Made by a program: the position numbers and the translations under genes. A DNA stretch of 64,000 nucleotides from Gnetum montanum. Taxonomy: Eukaryota > Plantae > Gnetophyta. The stretch is taken from positions 245,492 through 309,491 of the forward strand of contig MNCI01001040.1 of assembly GCA_015680685.1 (NCBI GenBank), written 5' to 3'. Of this stretch, positions 1 through 12,520 are shown piece after piece. The notes below the pieces were generated by a model. That model saw only the letters and a program-made list of their open reading frames with translations, did no database searches and was not told the origin of the DNA. Numbering within the stretch: position 1 is the stretch's first letter; every line of letters begins with the position of its first letter.

Positions 1-538
1 TTCCACAATGCCACCAACTGTTCCTAAGGTGTTTGTACCACTGCAACCCATGAGCAACACTTGTGCTGCTACTACTAATAGTAGTGAAGAGCCTCCTCAA
101 CATCAAAGGCATCCTTTCTTTAAACACGGCCGTAGGAAGGGACAACATAACTCTGAGGCCACTGCATCTTCCAACCCAGCACAAGTCCCACAATGTGGTG
201 CACCCTTACCTTCGAACCCAGCGCCTCATGTAACTTCATCAGGGCCACCAACTTACACTCCAACAACCACAAGGCCCAATGAACAAAATCATGGGAGGCA
301 TCATCCTAATCCCTGCATACCATCTAACAGTCCTAAACATCATAGTGGATCAACTTGTTATCCAGGAACTACATTGTATCAAGTGCCCCACTGTGTTTAT
401 TATAAAGTGTGTGAAATCCAAGGTGATAAGTATGGACCAGCTTCAGTATTTCCAATATGCAAGGATCCTCATTTTTCATTTATTAATCCTTGCCATACTC
501 AACCGTTTAGTTATGGGGGATATCCCCCATTTCAATAA
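1..538 (+). pseudogene. C-terminal Pro/His/Gln-rich end of the Athila-like gag ORF of element A
   Basis: ORF 8..538. The segment 'TCAA...RHPFFKHGR' matches C at 29940-30030 ('TCVA...ERPFWRKGH') and the equivalent gag ends of B and D. Confidence 0.65.
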
Positions 539-2794
539 CAAGCAGGATTAATAAATATTTTTCATTTTCTTTAATTTTACAACTTTTTGTTTTTCAGTTT
601 TTTATTTTCAACTTTTTGTTTTATCTTTTTATCTTTTTGTGTGTGTCTGTGTGTTTGTCTTTTTCTGTTTTTGTAAGTAATCTCATCTACGAATAAAACA
701 CTTATGTGGATCGTTGGTTGAGGTGTGTTTTATGTTATTAAGTTATGAGTGATCAATTATTTGAAATAGTGAGCCCATTACACCCACTCATCCACTCTAT
801 AAATAAAGAGGTTCTGTTCGAGGCTATAATGATATTCTTGAAATTTCTAAAAACTTAAAATTAATTTTGTGTTATTGTACCCAGAATGAAGAAGGATGGA
901 CCAAGAGGGAATGANNNNNNNNNNNNNNNAAAAGAAAAGAGAAGAAGAAAAGAAAAAGAAGTGCCATAAAACAAAAATCACTCCTCCCTTGTACTAAACG
1001 CCAAGTGATCGTACACCTTGTTATTATGGTACTCTTATAGTTGTTCACCATGGGATGAAGCAATGCGATGTTACTGATTAGAAGGCTGGACTTGGTCCTA
1101 ATCTTGGAACGATGGGATAATGACACGTTAATCATGCTTTACACGTAGGATTCATTGTGCCCTAGGTCAGTTACCTCATGTCCCAATCTCTATGATCCCT
1201 TCTCTACTTCGTCTCATCTCACTGTTCATGTAATTGTAGTTCATAACCCATGTAACATAAAATTCTCATCTCATTCCAGTGATATTTATATGTGTGTGTT
1301 TTGTGGAGTTAGTGCGGATTATATCTAACCCTTCTAGTGCCCACGGACACTTTAAATGTTATTACACAAGGGCATAATAGGTTGAAACCTGCTTTGGGGA
1401 GGATCCACTTGTGTAATTTTGTTGTAATCTTCATTAATTTTCTAGCTAGAACACACAATTTCTTACCCTCAGCTTAGTTTTCATAATTTTCTTTCCCTAT
1501 TATTATCCCTCAACATTTTCACATTCCAATGTACCATTATATTCCCTTTTCTTCATAACCGCCAAATTTTTAATTGCTAAATTCACATCAGTATCATTCA
1601 AAGTGCCTCTCGAATCAATGTAATTACACCTGAATATATTAATACTTGACAATGTCCTCAATTTACACCATTAATTTCAAGAAAATCATAAAAAATTCGG
1701 TTTTTTTCATGTGTCTCACCTTAGTTGGGACGAGATATTGCGTCCCATGTGATATCGCGTATGCGATGTACCGTATGCGANGAACTTTGTATGGATAGCC
1801 TAAACACACTCCGGGGGCAACGTGAGTTGTTGTCNACTGCAACACTTAGCATCATTTAGCCATTTACGCAGGTGAAATTTTTGAATTTTTTCTTTGCGAC
1901 TTGCGATTGACCCTTGCTTTTGGACTTATATCTCACGCGCTAGTACTCCGATTTTAATTCCATTTGAACCTGCTTGAACCTGGAGTGTTCAGTTTAGTCG
2001 TGGGGGAGAGACACTTGCCGAAAAGTGCCTAAATTTTTTGAAATTCGTCATCGCCCAAAGGACATCTATTAAGGTAATTAATACTAACACTTAGGAAAAT
2101 TGTGCCAAACATTATATAACCCTTAAGTACACAGGGAGATTAACAATGAAACCCACCTAAGTCATAAGACCCATCATTATAATTTTCAGGCACAATCACA
2201 CGATAACATAAGATCTTCAATTAAAGGCATGTAGTAAGGTATAACTTGAATTTGAAAACAACCTTACTANNNNNNNNNNNNNNNNNNNNNNNNNNNNNNN
2301 NNNNNNNNNNNNNNNNNNNNNNNNNNNNNNNNNNNNNNNNNNNNNNNNNNNNNNNNNNNNNNNNNNNNNNNNNNNNNNNNNNNNNNNNNNNNNNNNNNNN
2401 NNNNNNNNNNNNNNNNNNNNNNNNNNNNNNNNNNNNNNNNNNNNNNNNNNNNNNNNNNNNNNNNNNNNNNNNNNNNNNNNNNNNNNNNNNNNNNNNNNNN
2501 NNNNNNNNNNNNNNNNNNNNNNNNNNNNNNNNNNNNNNNNNNNNNNNNNNNNNNNNNNNNNNNNNNNNNNNNNNNNNNNNNNNNNNNNNNNNNNNNNNNN
2601 NNNNNNNNNNNNNNNNNNNNNNNNNNNNNNNNNNNNNNNNNNNNNNNNNNNNNNNNNNNNNNNNNNNNNNNNNNNNNNNNNNNNNNNNNNNNNNNNNNNN
2701 NNNNNNNNNNNNNNNNNNNNNNNNNNNNNNNNNNNNNNNNNNNNNNNNNNNNNNNNNNNNNNNNNNNNNNNNNNNNNNNNNNNNNNNNNNNNNT

Positions 2795-4852
2795 ATATTT
2801 GATGGAGATCCTAAGGCGATTCGAAGAACGGAAGTTAGGGAAGATGACACTCCATTTTCCCTGCCTTATCAGAAAATTGTGCCAACGGGTTGGTATTCGG
2901 GGATACACAAATGACGTCCTCCGAAAGGCCCAAAATGCTTCTTATGCTGAATTATTAAAGGCGCTAGCTCCAAGAAAGAGCACTGGTGAAGAGCTGGACC
3001 AGATGAAGAAGAAGAACAGATGACTGGATCACCTGCGACTCAACTTGCAGGACCCAGTCAGCCTCCAGCCACAGGTCCCAGCCAACAACAAGAAGCAGGA
3101 CCTAGCACAGGCCAGGATCCACCGTCGCTGCAAGACAATAGACCATCGATGAGCCATCTTTGGGCCATCGTCAAAACGGTTAGTTGGGGAAGTCATGATG
3201 ATGCAAACGTCTTTCATGTCATCGATGATGCTAACCAGCCTACTATTTTAGTAGATTGCACATGGGGTGAGTTATCAATGCAAACAGGAGGAGGGGAGAG
3301 CAGATGGTCACAACAAATCTCTGGACACGCAACATCTTTTCAAGTGCAGTTAGAGATTGGTGAAGGGGCCACTGTGGTGGTCATGCAACACCAGGACGCT
3401 GCAGGAGCTACTGAAGTGGTCACTGACCACATCAAAGAGTCTTTTAACATGCCTATTGTACCACCAGAAAATTTTTCAAGAGCACGGGATGCTCAAACTA
3501 TTGCTAGAACCTCAATGACTCATGCGGAACATGAGGATGCATTGGACAAATTGCTTCAAACAGGAAAAGTTTTGACGTCTCTGTTTGACATCCCCCAGGA
3601 TGTAACAACAATTCAATCAGACCTCATTTCCACAAAGGGGAAGCTGGTCATATCCGAAGTAAGGGTAGAGCATGCTGAAGCTGAAGTGCAGAAACTACAA
3701 GAGCAGCTCGTAGCCTTGCAAGCAGTACAGTGGGATCTTTTGCAATTTGTTCCCGCAGACTAGCTAGACAATTTTAGAATCGAGCAACTAAAAAAACTAA
3801 TTCTAGAAAATAAAAAGATGGTAGAAGAAAAGGAGACGACCACTTGGGATGCCTCCACAGCTCAAGCACAAACTCATGCACATCTTAAGGCACTCAAGGC
3901 CTTACAAGAAGAGAATAAGCAGTTGGTTGCAGATAACCTTCGGTTGACTTCTGTGGAGAAACAAAAGAATGTTCTCGATGAACACTTCCATCAGTTATGA
4001 GAATAATTTATTCAGGTCAACCGAGATGTAAGCCGTTTAGCCAAAGAAAATTGAACCCTCTCAATGGAGGAGGTACGCGCTAGTCAACAAAAATCAGCCA
4101 TCGAGATTAGCGCATGGCAGAATGAGGCTAAACGACATGAGAAGCTGAAGGAGCATTTTCGTGATCAGTTGGGGATGTACAAACAAATCCTAGAGAAGGA
4201 GATCCATATGGCCAAGGCTCAAATCAAAAACATTAGTGCCCAGAACACTAATTGGGGGGCCATATTGGACACTTATGCCTACACCCACCAAGCAGAAATT
4301 AAGAACCAAGACCTGCAGATCCAAGACTTGATTGAATACATGGAGTTGGCAAACCTTCGATATGCCAACCTAGCCATGTTAATAGCAGGGTGCCCGAGGT
4401 CAGAGCTCGAGCAGCAGGTAGCTTCCACCCACATCAAATATGAGGCAGAATTTGCAGAATGAAAGAAGTTGGCTGAAAAACTAGATATCGCAAATTTTGA
4501 ACTTGCGGTGGTAAAAGAAAGCTACCAAGGATAGAAAGATGTTGCAATCGACTTGGCTCGACGGCTAACAGAGCTTCACAAATACAAAGACAAAGCCAGA
4601 GCCTATGAAGAGGAACGACGGGTGTTCGCAGCATGGTATGCCAAGGCTAATCAGATGTTTTCGCAACTACCCTGTTCGTGGAAAGTGCTGACTCCATCAA
4701 ACATCAAAGCATCAACATGGATTGCACAAGACCCTTAGACCAAAGAGGAGAAGCTCCAAGCTATTCTTCAGCGTTGTCAACCTTCAAAGCTTGGAGCACG
4801 TGACAAAGGAAAAGCACCCATGGAAGAGCCACCGCCACCAGGAACTACATGA
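2795..4852 (+). pseudogene. Extra 3' ORF (env-like position, ORF3) of element A; 5' end lies in the N gap
   Basis: ORFs at 3020, 3818, 4064 and 4553 are all in one frame, separated by in-frame stops, and end 'DKGKAPMEEPPPPGTT*' at 4852. The upstream piece 'LHFPCLIRKLCQRVGI' resembles the LPFPxLIxxLC motif of Athila-type extra ORFs. The C-terminal half is rich in E/K/Q/L (coiled-coil-like). Confidence 0.75.
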
Positions 4853-5023
4853 GTTCCACATTTTTGTAGTTGTAATATTTTTTCTCTGTGTTGTGTCTTC
4901 CCACATTGCGGAATTAGTCCATTTCTTTTTCCATCTAATAATCCCATACCTATCCACTGTGTAATCAATGTAGCTTGTTCTCACTTTAACTCAAGGACAA
5001 GTTTTCATTCAGTCGTGGGGGTA

Positions 5024-6051
5024 TGATGAGACATGAAATTGCTCATATTGTTGGTGGACACGTTAAGGCACCCACGATAACGCACCCACATTATATCATG
5101 GGTCGCGATATCGCATATGCAATATTTCATTGGCTGTGATATCGCATACGTGATATCTCATCTTCCCACGATATCGCAGCCAACCACAATTTCTATAAAT
5201 AAGAGGCAGCTCTCCCTCATTTGGAATCCTAGTTTACAAGTAGCGAAGCTTTGGCAGTTTGATCCCTCCAGAGTTAGATTTTTTCCCATGTCTGCTTGCA
5301 GTGTGGTGAATGTAATTGTACGGTGTCTTTATTCGAGTGTGTCGTACTTGGACACGCACATGACTGGCAATAAAGATCGAGATTACTTCATCATTGCAGC
5401 ATTCACTTAGTTTATTTATTTGTTATTTATTACTTTCGTAGCACAGTGTGAGTACAACTTGATTACAAGCATCTACGAATGTGTATGGCTAGTCAATGAA
5501 TTAGTTGCTCATCGCGATTAGTCTCTCACCCTTAAACTCCTAGAAGCGGAATGAGTACGACTTGATTACGAGCATTTAAGTGTGACTACTTGGTAGCCCA
5601 GTGGTGTAGCTAGGATCTACGCTTGGTAACCCAGTGGTGTATTTGGGATTTGCACTTGGTAATCCCAGTGGCATACCTATGAGCTACGCTTGGTAGTCCC
5701 AATGGTAGTTGTGCACAAAGTCCAAGATGTGTACGGTTGATCAAGGAATCGGTTGCTTGTCACACTTAGGCTAGATTAGATTTTCTTTACCTTTTCCTCC
5801 TAGTTTAGTTTAGTTAATATTATTTTCCATTGCCTTCAGGAGTAGCGTAGATTAGGAAACACATCATACACCTCATCTAGACTAAACCATACGTGACATA
5901 TGCAATATTAGTGTAGGTGGGAAGACAGTGAACTGTGACCTAAGGCTAACTATTTAGGTGCCACAACTAGTCCATCTACGGAGTTCGACCGGATCGTGCA
6001 TGCGACGCTCGTTTCGTATGGTTGAGTGTAGTGGTACCTTGCCACTCATCA
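5024..6051 (+). repeat. 3' LTR of element A (1028 bp)
   Basis: TGATGAG/CTCATCA inverted termini, upstream PPT, TATA box ctataaat at ~5193, and strong similarity to 30524-31295. Confidence 0.9.
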
Positions 6052-9000
6052 CCTATGGAAAATGAGAGAACCTAATGTATATTTTCTATCATTTATGTCA
6101 CATCCCCAATCAATATCTAAATATGCACAAAATATTCTATCTCATTTGATAAATTTCAAGTCGTAATCATAAGTGCCTTTAATATACTTGAAAACATGAA
6201 TGAGAAGTGACAAATGAGAAGCTCTAGGATCTTTCATAAAAGTTGATAAATATGATGTAGAAAACTCTAAATTAGGTCTACTTTGACACAAAAATCTTAG
6301 TGTCCAATAATTCCTCTATAATAAGTGCCATCTACCAGTGGAGTATCATCTTTAGCATTGAGCTTCCACTCTTGAGGAAGTGGAATAGAAGCTATTCTTT
6401 TTCCATTCATTCCATACTTTTTCAATATTGCTTATGCATATTTTGACTAATGTATCTTCAAACAATTTTCTTCTTGTTTTACTTAAATTCACCAACTAGA
6501 CTTTCAACAATTCCACAAAAGATAAGATTATCTACATATAAAGATATCAAGATAGAATCTTTTCCTACGTGCTTATAGTATAGTGTAGGTTTAAAAGAAC
6601 ATGATTTGTATCTAGTCATCAAGAGATATTTATTTGTCCTATGAAACTAGGCTTAGGGGTCTATTTTAAACCATAGATGGATTTTGAGAATTTACATACC
6701 TTTTCCTCTTCTCATTTCTTTACAAAAACTTTAGGTTTTTCAATATAAACTTCTTCTTGTAAGTATTCATTAAGGGAGGTTGAATTATAATTCATTTGAT
6801 GGAGTTTGAAGACATGATGTATAACAATGGAAATAATGAATTTAATTATTTCAAATCTTGTGATTAGTATAAATATCTCATCATAATTTTCTTCTTTTTC
6901 TTGAATCCTCTTGCAACATGTCTTGCTTTATATGTTGTAACTTCATTCTTTTCATTATATGTTATTTTGAAAATTTATTTTGCATCAATGACTTTCTTAC
7001 CTTTTGACCTTTCTAGTAATGTTCAAGTTTGATTTTTGATGATGGCATCATATTCCTTCTTCATGGTTTGTCTCCAAACTTCTAATTTTAGAGTCTTTTG
7101 AACATTTGAGGATTCATGAAAAAGGGTTAATTATGCAAGATGTGTGATGGCTTGAGATCTTGTGAATCTTCTTCCAAAATCTCGAATTCATTATCTGATC
7201 TTTGTGGTGATTTCATTCCACCCATTGCTTTAGAGAAATTTCAAATCTAACATCTTCATTAAAATTTTAAAAACTAAAATTTTTTCATAAAAAATAATTT
7301 ATCTAGAAATATACCACTTCTTTTCTTATGTATCATAACATTTGTAGCCATATGTCTTTAAATCATAGCCAAGAAAGATGCATTTTCTTCCTCTATCTTC
7401 TAATTTATTCAACAATTCATTTGGAATTTTCACATAGCATATGCAACCAAAAAATTTCATGTGAAATAGATTTGGTATCTTTCCATATAATAGCTGGTAT
7501 GGAATCTTTTCTTTGCTTGATGTAGTAATAAACCTATTAAGGATATAGGTTGATCCATGAAAGTGCTTCATTACAAAATTGATTGGAAAGTGAAGCATGT
7601 TTAAGGAGGCACCTAGACATTTCTTGAACTACAATTTTCCTTTATGAAATGCCATTACTTTGTGGTGAATATCCATAAATACTTTACTTATCTATGTCAT
7701 TCTTGATACAAAGTTCTTCAAAATTTTGATTCAAAAACTTATATTTTCTATTAGATCTTATAGCTTTTATCTTGAGATTCAATCTATTTTCTATCAGGCT
7801 TTTGAAATTTTGAAAGATGTCAAAATTTTCATCTTTGGAATGAAAAGAATATGTTTAAACATATATGCTAAAATCAACAATGATGAAAAGAAAATATTTG
7901 TTCCCTCCTCGAGCCAAAGTAGGCATTGGCCGTACCAAATCCATGTGAAGAAGCTCAAGAGGTTTTTTTCTTTCTATACATTTGTGCATTATGAGACAAT
8001 GCTTTTTGCTTTTCTTTAAGGCATATTTTCCAAACTTGTTTTTTAACTTTTGGACATTTTACTTCTATGGCTACATCATTTTTGATTATCTTTTCAATGT
8101 TGAAATAGGAAGCATGATCTGACCTTCAATGCCATAATCTTTAGAGAGAAACATGAGAAGAATTTGATTGACAAATTTGAAAATTCATAACTTCAGCACC
8201 TTTGAAATATTTTTCTTCAAAACAATAAATGTGATTGTTCCATCTCTTCAATTTTGCAATAAGAAAATCACCATTGGAATAGTGCAAAAATCACTATGAA
8301 GGATAACTGAATTTCCTCTACTTAAAATTTGTTCAACTAATAATAATGAGCTTGACAATTAAGAAACATAATAAACATTATGCACATTGATTTTTTGGCC
8401 ATTAGGAAGTGCAAGCAATATATTACCAATTCCTTCTATCTTTACACTTGCACAATCTCCTACTTTAATGCTTCCAAAAGAATTATTTGGACTATAACTG
8501 ATAAAATTATCCTTGAATGGAGTCATATGATTTGAACATCCATGATATATTATCCAAGTATGAGGAGTAACTTCTTTAATCATTTGATATGCAAAAAATT
8601 TAAAGTTTTAATTTTTATCTTTGGATTGATCATGAGGCTCTTAAGGATTATTATAAGGCTAAGAGTGATCTTCATTTGACTTTGATAAATCATTTGGAGG
8701 GTAGGAAGGAAATCCTGCCTTCCATCAACCCTTGTTCTCATAGTAACCTTTCTTCTTACAATGTTTGCACCATGGAACATTGGATGATGATGATTTATGT
8801 TAGTTTCTTGAAGTGAAGTTGATTCTTCTTACTCTAAAGTTGCATCTTCCTCTTAAATTTTTAGTTCTAAAAATTTGATTTTGGCTTTGATCTTCATTCC
8901 TTTCATCTTTCAAATTAGGATTTTTACCTCTTCCTCTTCCAAATCTACCTCTACCTCTTATATCTCTTACAAAATAAATTTTCTTATTTTTACTTTGATT

Positions 9001-9886
9001 ATCATTCTTTTGAGATCTTCCAAAGTTCTAACTTGAGACACTAGTTCATCAATTGTAACATCATCTAGATTTCTATTTTGAATAATATTCATCATAGCAT
9101 AATTGAGCCTTCCATCATTATACAAAACTTGAATGATATTGTCTAACTTTTTCCTTTCATTATATTAACATCCATATTCATTTAGATTTCTTATGCTCGT
9201 ATATGTTCTAACAAACAACTTTTCAATATTTTCACTTCTATTGAGAGTCAAGTCTCCAAATTCATATCTATACCTCAATTTCTTAATTTGAATGTTTGTG
9301 ACAATGGATCTTTTGTATTTTTATTGTAGAAGGTTTCAAGTCTCATTTGCATTTGGCTTATCAATGATTCTTGAGCTAGTTAAAATTGAAATTGAAGTAT
9401 AAATGATCATTTTTGCTAAGGCATCTTTTCTTCTATCTTCTTAGAGCTTTCTTCTTTGCTCATTACTAAGTGTAGCTTGATTAGAGAATTTTTTATGTTC
9501 ATGCTCTACAATGTTCTAGCATTCATTAATTTGGAATAAAGTTTTCATACTCTTTCTTCAATATGTGAAGTCTTGGCTTCCATTGAAGATAATAGTACAT
9601 TTTGTTATGTATTTGCTTATTTTGGCTTGCTTTTGAGAGAAATATGACTTGAAAGGCTTGAAAGGTGTGAAATCTAATGATTTTATCTAAAAAGATGTGG
9701 ATTTAGGTGTGAAATCTGAGAAATGAGGGATCAAATGAGAGATTTTGTAAAAATGAGGGTTTCCATATGAGAAATTAAGAAAATGAAAAAGATTTTGATG
9801 AATTTAGAATGCTTTTGATGCCTTTTGGCTTAAGGATGATGAGTGCAACCTTAATACATCAATTTCCCAAGGTTTGAATCCTAGGG

Positions 9887-9898
9887 GCTTTGATACCA
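9887..9898 (-). promoter_or_regulatory. PBS of Cop1 (tRNA-iMet type)
   Basis: gctttgatacca is the reverse complement of TGGTATCAAAGC, one mismatch from the canonical TGGTATCAGAGC. Confidence 0.85.
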
Positions 9899-9899
9899 A

Positions 9900-10988
9900 T
9901 GTCATAGTATAAAAGCTTTGTATTTGTTTGAAATTAGTCGATATTGCTAGAGATCACAAGAATCGGTGTGAATCAAGATCATTTTAATTCTTGTTACTAG
10001 AGATTATTAAAGAATTAAGAAAATTGATTGCCTTAAGGTCAAAGTTGATGATATCACTATGCATTGATTGTCAGAACTAGAATCCAGATATTTTGCACAA
10101 AATTAGATTTGAATATATCGCATACCATCATTGGAGTAATATACATTGATATAGCTATATTTGCTATCCATAGACATTGATGGATGTGATGAAAGATGAT
10201 TGGTGCAGAAATGGAATTTTAAATGAGTGATTTGGATGAATTTGAGGCTATTTTTCTTTAAATACAAAATCTTTAGGATTCTCTTTACATGGAAAAGATG
10301 AGTTTCATAGCAAATTTATGTAAAGGAATGAGATAAGAGCAAGATCTAGTTTACAAGATGCTTTATCAAATTGTGAAAACTAAAGATGCATGAAATTGCA
10401 AACTTGAATGAGAAAACAACAACATAAGTTGATGCTTTAAACATCTTTATCATAATTTCTATAAACTTAGAATTTATCTTTTTGATCTTTGAAGATTGAA
10501 TGATTAACTTTAATGAAATTGATGATCTTTAATGAGATTTGATTATGTGATGTGAGATATCTTGAAATGAGATTGAGAGAATGTAAATTGTTATTTTAAA
10601 AATATGAGATATTATGAGATAATTTAGAAATGTGAGAGATATTGTGAGAAAATGTGAGAATTATGAACCAAAAAATGAAAAAAAAAAATTCTCCTTGAAT
10701 CTCCTTCAAACCCTTGAGCTTTGAAATGAACAATGAAAAAAATTAAAAATGAGGGCCTCTCTTTATGAGGTATGAGGGAGGACCTCAATTTACATGCAAA
10801 ATTGAGTCAAATTTTGTCATTTTAGACATGTTATGGGACTATTATCTCTTACATTTGAAATTTTCCATTTCAGAAAACTTTTGTGTATGTGAGCCAAACC
10901 TTGTAATTACAACATGAAACCAAGGAATAGAAGACAAAAAACAAGAAATATGAATTAAAAGATGTGAGGAGCTCCCATTCATACTACA
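9900..10988 (-). repeat. 5' LTR of Cop1 (~1.1 kb)
   Basis: Begins TG beside the PBS. The far end atactaca at 10988 coincides with the point where LINE coding similarity stops. The partner LTR is outside the window, so the far boundary is inferred. Confidence 0.6.
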
Positions 10989-12520
10989 GAGACTTGGCAC
11001 ATAAGATAATACCTTGCTTATAACAATTTACTAAGCCTATGTCAAAATCCTTTGTGAGAAGTGCAAATATCAAAGACAACATGACATAAGGCCTTCTAGA
11101 ATGGCTACTACTCTAAAATAAATTTTGTACAAGTTGTTCAAAGTGATGATATGTTGTCAAATTAGGAGCCCAACATGAAGAATAGTATACATGAGTTACT
11201 TGGATGGTATGCTTACAAATAATAAACTTTCCAGCTGTTAAATGTTTTTTTCTTTCACTTATGAAGCTATTTCTTAATCCTTTAGATTGTAAAATCCCAT
11301 AATATTTTTGATTAAAAATGAATTAAAAATATTTAGACATGATATTTCTAAGAAAAAAACTTAATCTTGAACCTCTTATTGGAGAAAATAGAAAATTTTG
11401 ACTAGATAATTTGAGAGCTTGAAAATGTATAATATTGAACAACATTAAGGTGTTAGCTTAGTGATAAGAGTCTTGGCTTGGTAATCCTAGTCATAGATTT
11501 TATTCCACTAGGTAGCATTGAGTCATAATTTCAAAAATAATTCTATAAAAGAAATTCTAAAAATGGTTTGTTATCAAAAATGGACATAAGTGAAAAAATT
11601 TCAGTTGTAATATCAGAAAAACACCATTTGAAATAGCTTTGTTATTTCTTATTAGAAAAAAAGTCATATGCAAAATGCATAGGTAATAATGTAGGAACAA
11701 TATTTTTAATAAAGATACATTGTAGAAAATTAAATTCTTGATTATTTTAAATAGCATGATATAGAAAATTTGCAGCAAGGATGAATAGATAGGTTATAAG
11801 AGGACCTTGCTTAACTGAGCACTAAAGTTTAAAACTATTAGTAATGCCAACATTTGTAGCCACTAGTGGATTAGCTTCAATAAAAAAGACTCTTAATCAT
11901 CCTAATGAATCTATCTTTTAAACCATATTTATGAAGACAAACAATAATAGAATGTCATTCAATCTTCTCATAAGCTTTAGGATAATCAATCTTTTAAAAT
12001 ACAGTGTCTTGATTAGAATTCTTAGCCTATTGCATGTCCTCCCAAGCATCAACAACATTATTCAAATATATCTACCTTAAACAATGATAATTTACATTAG
12101 ATTAAGTAATTGAAAAATAATTAGTTTTAATTTTTGAGTAAGACATTTGAATAATCTTTTTTAAATTGAAATTAAAAGAGTAATAGGACACTAATTACTA
12201 AAATGAGAGAGATCACCTTTCTTAGGAATAAATTTGATGGCTCTTTCATATAGCTCTTGACCGAGTGTATTGATTAATTGCTTCAATAAAAATACAAAAA
12301 GTTCCATATCAATAATATATCAATAATTTTTAAAATATTCAATGGAAATTCCATCAAAACTTGGAGCTTTATCATTCACTAGTCTAAACATTACATATTT
12401 AATTTTAGCAAGAGATATATCTAGCTCAAAGTGATAATTATGACATTCAAGACTAATCAACTAGACTATTTCTTTTATTGAGTTTTTGATGAAATAAGTT
12501 TCAAAACTTTTTCTTTAATT
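10989..12520 (-). mobile_element. Decayed L1-clade LINE ORF2 reverse-transcriptase fragment
   Basis: Minus-strand translation gives, in order: 'DKAPSFDGISIEYFK' (~12370), 'FIPKKGD...PITLL' (~12220), 'KIDYPKAYEKIE' (~11980), 'SVKQG' (~11810), 'HFAYD' (FADD equivalent, ~11670), 'THVYYSSCWAP' (~11185), 'QGIILCAK' (~11010). Confidence 0.85.
11449..11518 (+). other. Possible decayed tRNA-derived SINE head inserted in the LINE
   Basis: A-box-like tagcttagtga (11454) and B-box-like gattttattcc (~11496) at tRNA-like spacing, in a segment that does not translate as LINE. Confidence 0.3.

Larger units (their letters stand above)
1..6051 (+). mobile_element. Element A: 3' portion of an Athila-like Ty3/gypsy LTR retrotransposon lacking pol (gag end, spacer, extra ORF3, PPT, 3' LTR)
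   Basis: PPT agtcgtgggggta (5011-5023) is followed by an LTR with TGATGAG...CTCATCA termini. Internal segments align by eye with the gag end, spacer and ORF3 of B, C and D. No RT/RH/IN motifs between 538 and 2270, and the N gap (~520 nt) is too short for pol if its size is accurate. Confidence 0.8.
6052..10988 (-). mobile_element. Cop1: degenerate Ty1/copia retrotransposon (5' LTR, PBS, gag-PR-IN-RT), interrupted at the RNase H start by element A
   Basis: Minus-strand motifs in copia order: gag 'IIFNGSQDF' (~9590), zinc knuckle 'CKHCKKKG' (~8760), PR 'WIIYHGCSNHMT' (ORF 8359..8583), IN 'PYQLLYGKIPNLFHMKFFGCICY...KCIFLGY' (ORF 7326..7598), RT 'SLYVDNLI' (~6530), and 'DINDRKYT' (~6090). Confidence 0.9.

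Noticed and set aside
2221-2914. Long ORFs of 209-222 aa
   Set aside because: Artefacts of translating through the N gap; the same applies to 30768-31049.
5024-5040. TGATGAG...GAAA as a hammerhead ribozyme core
   Set aside because: It lacks the preceding C and the flanking stems; it is simply the LTR terminus.
5117-5410. Similar ORFs at 5117 and 30429 as a conserved small gene
   Set aside because: Both lie within copies of the same LTR, so the similarity reflects DNA identity rather than coding constraint.
5585-5710. Repeat-spacer pattern resembling a CRISPR array
   Set aside because: Spacers are only ~10 nt and similar to each other, the array lies inside an LTR, and there are no cas genes in this eukaryotic context.
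11081-11086. ATGACA as the far end of the Cop1 LTR
   Set aside because: LINE coding similarity continues through it to ~10989, so the boundary at 10988 fits better.
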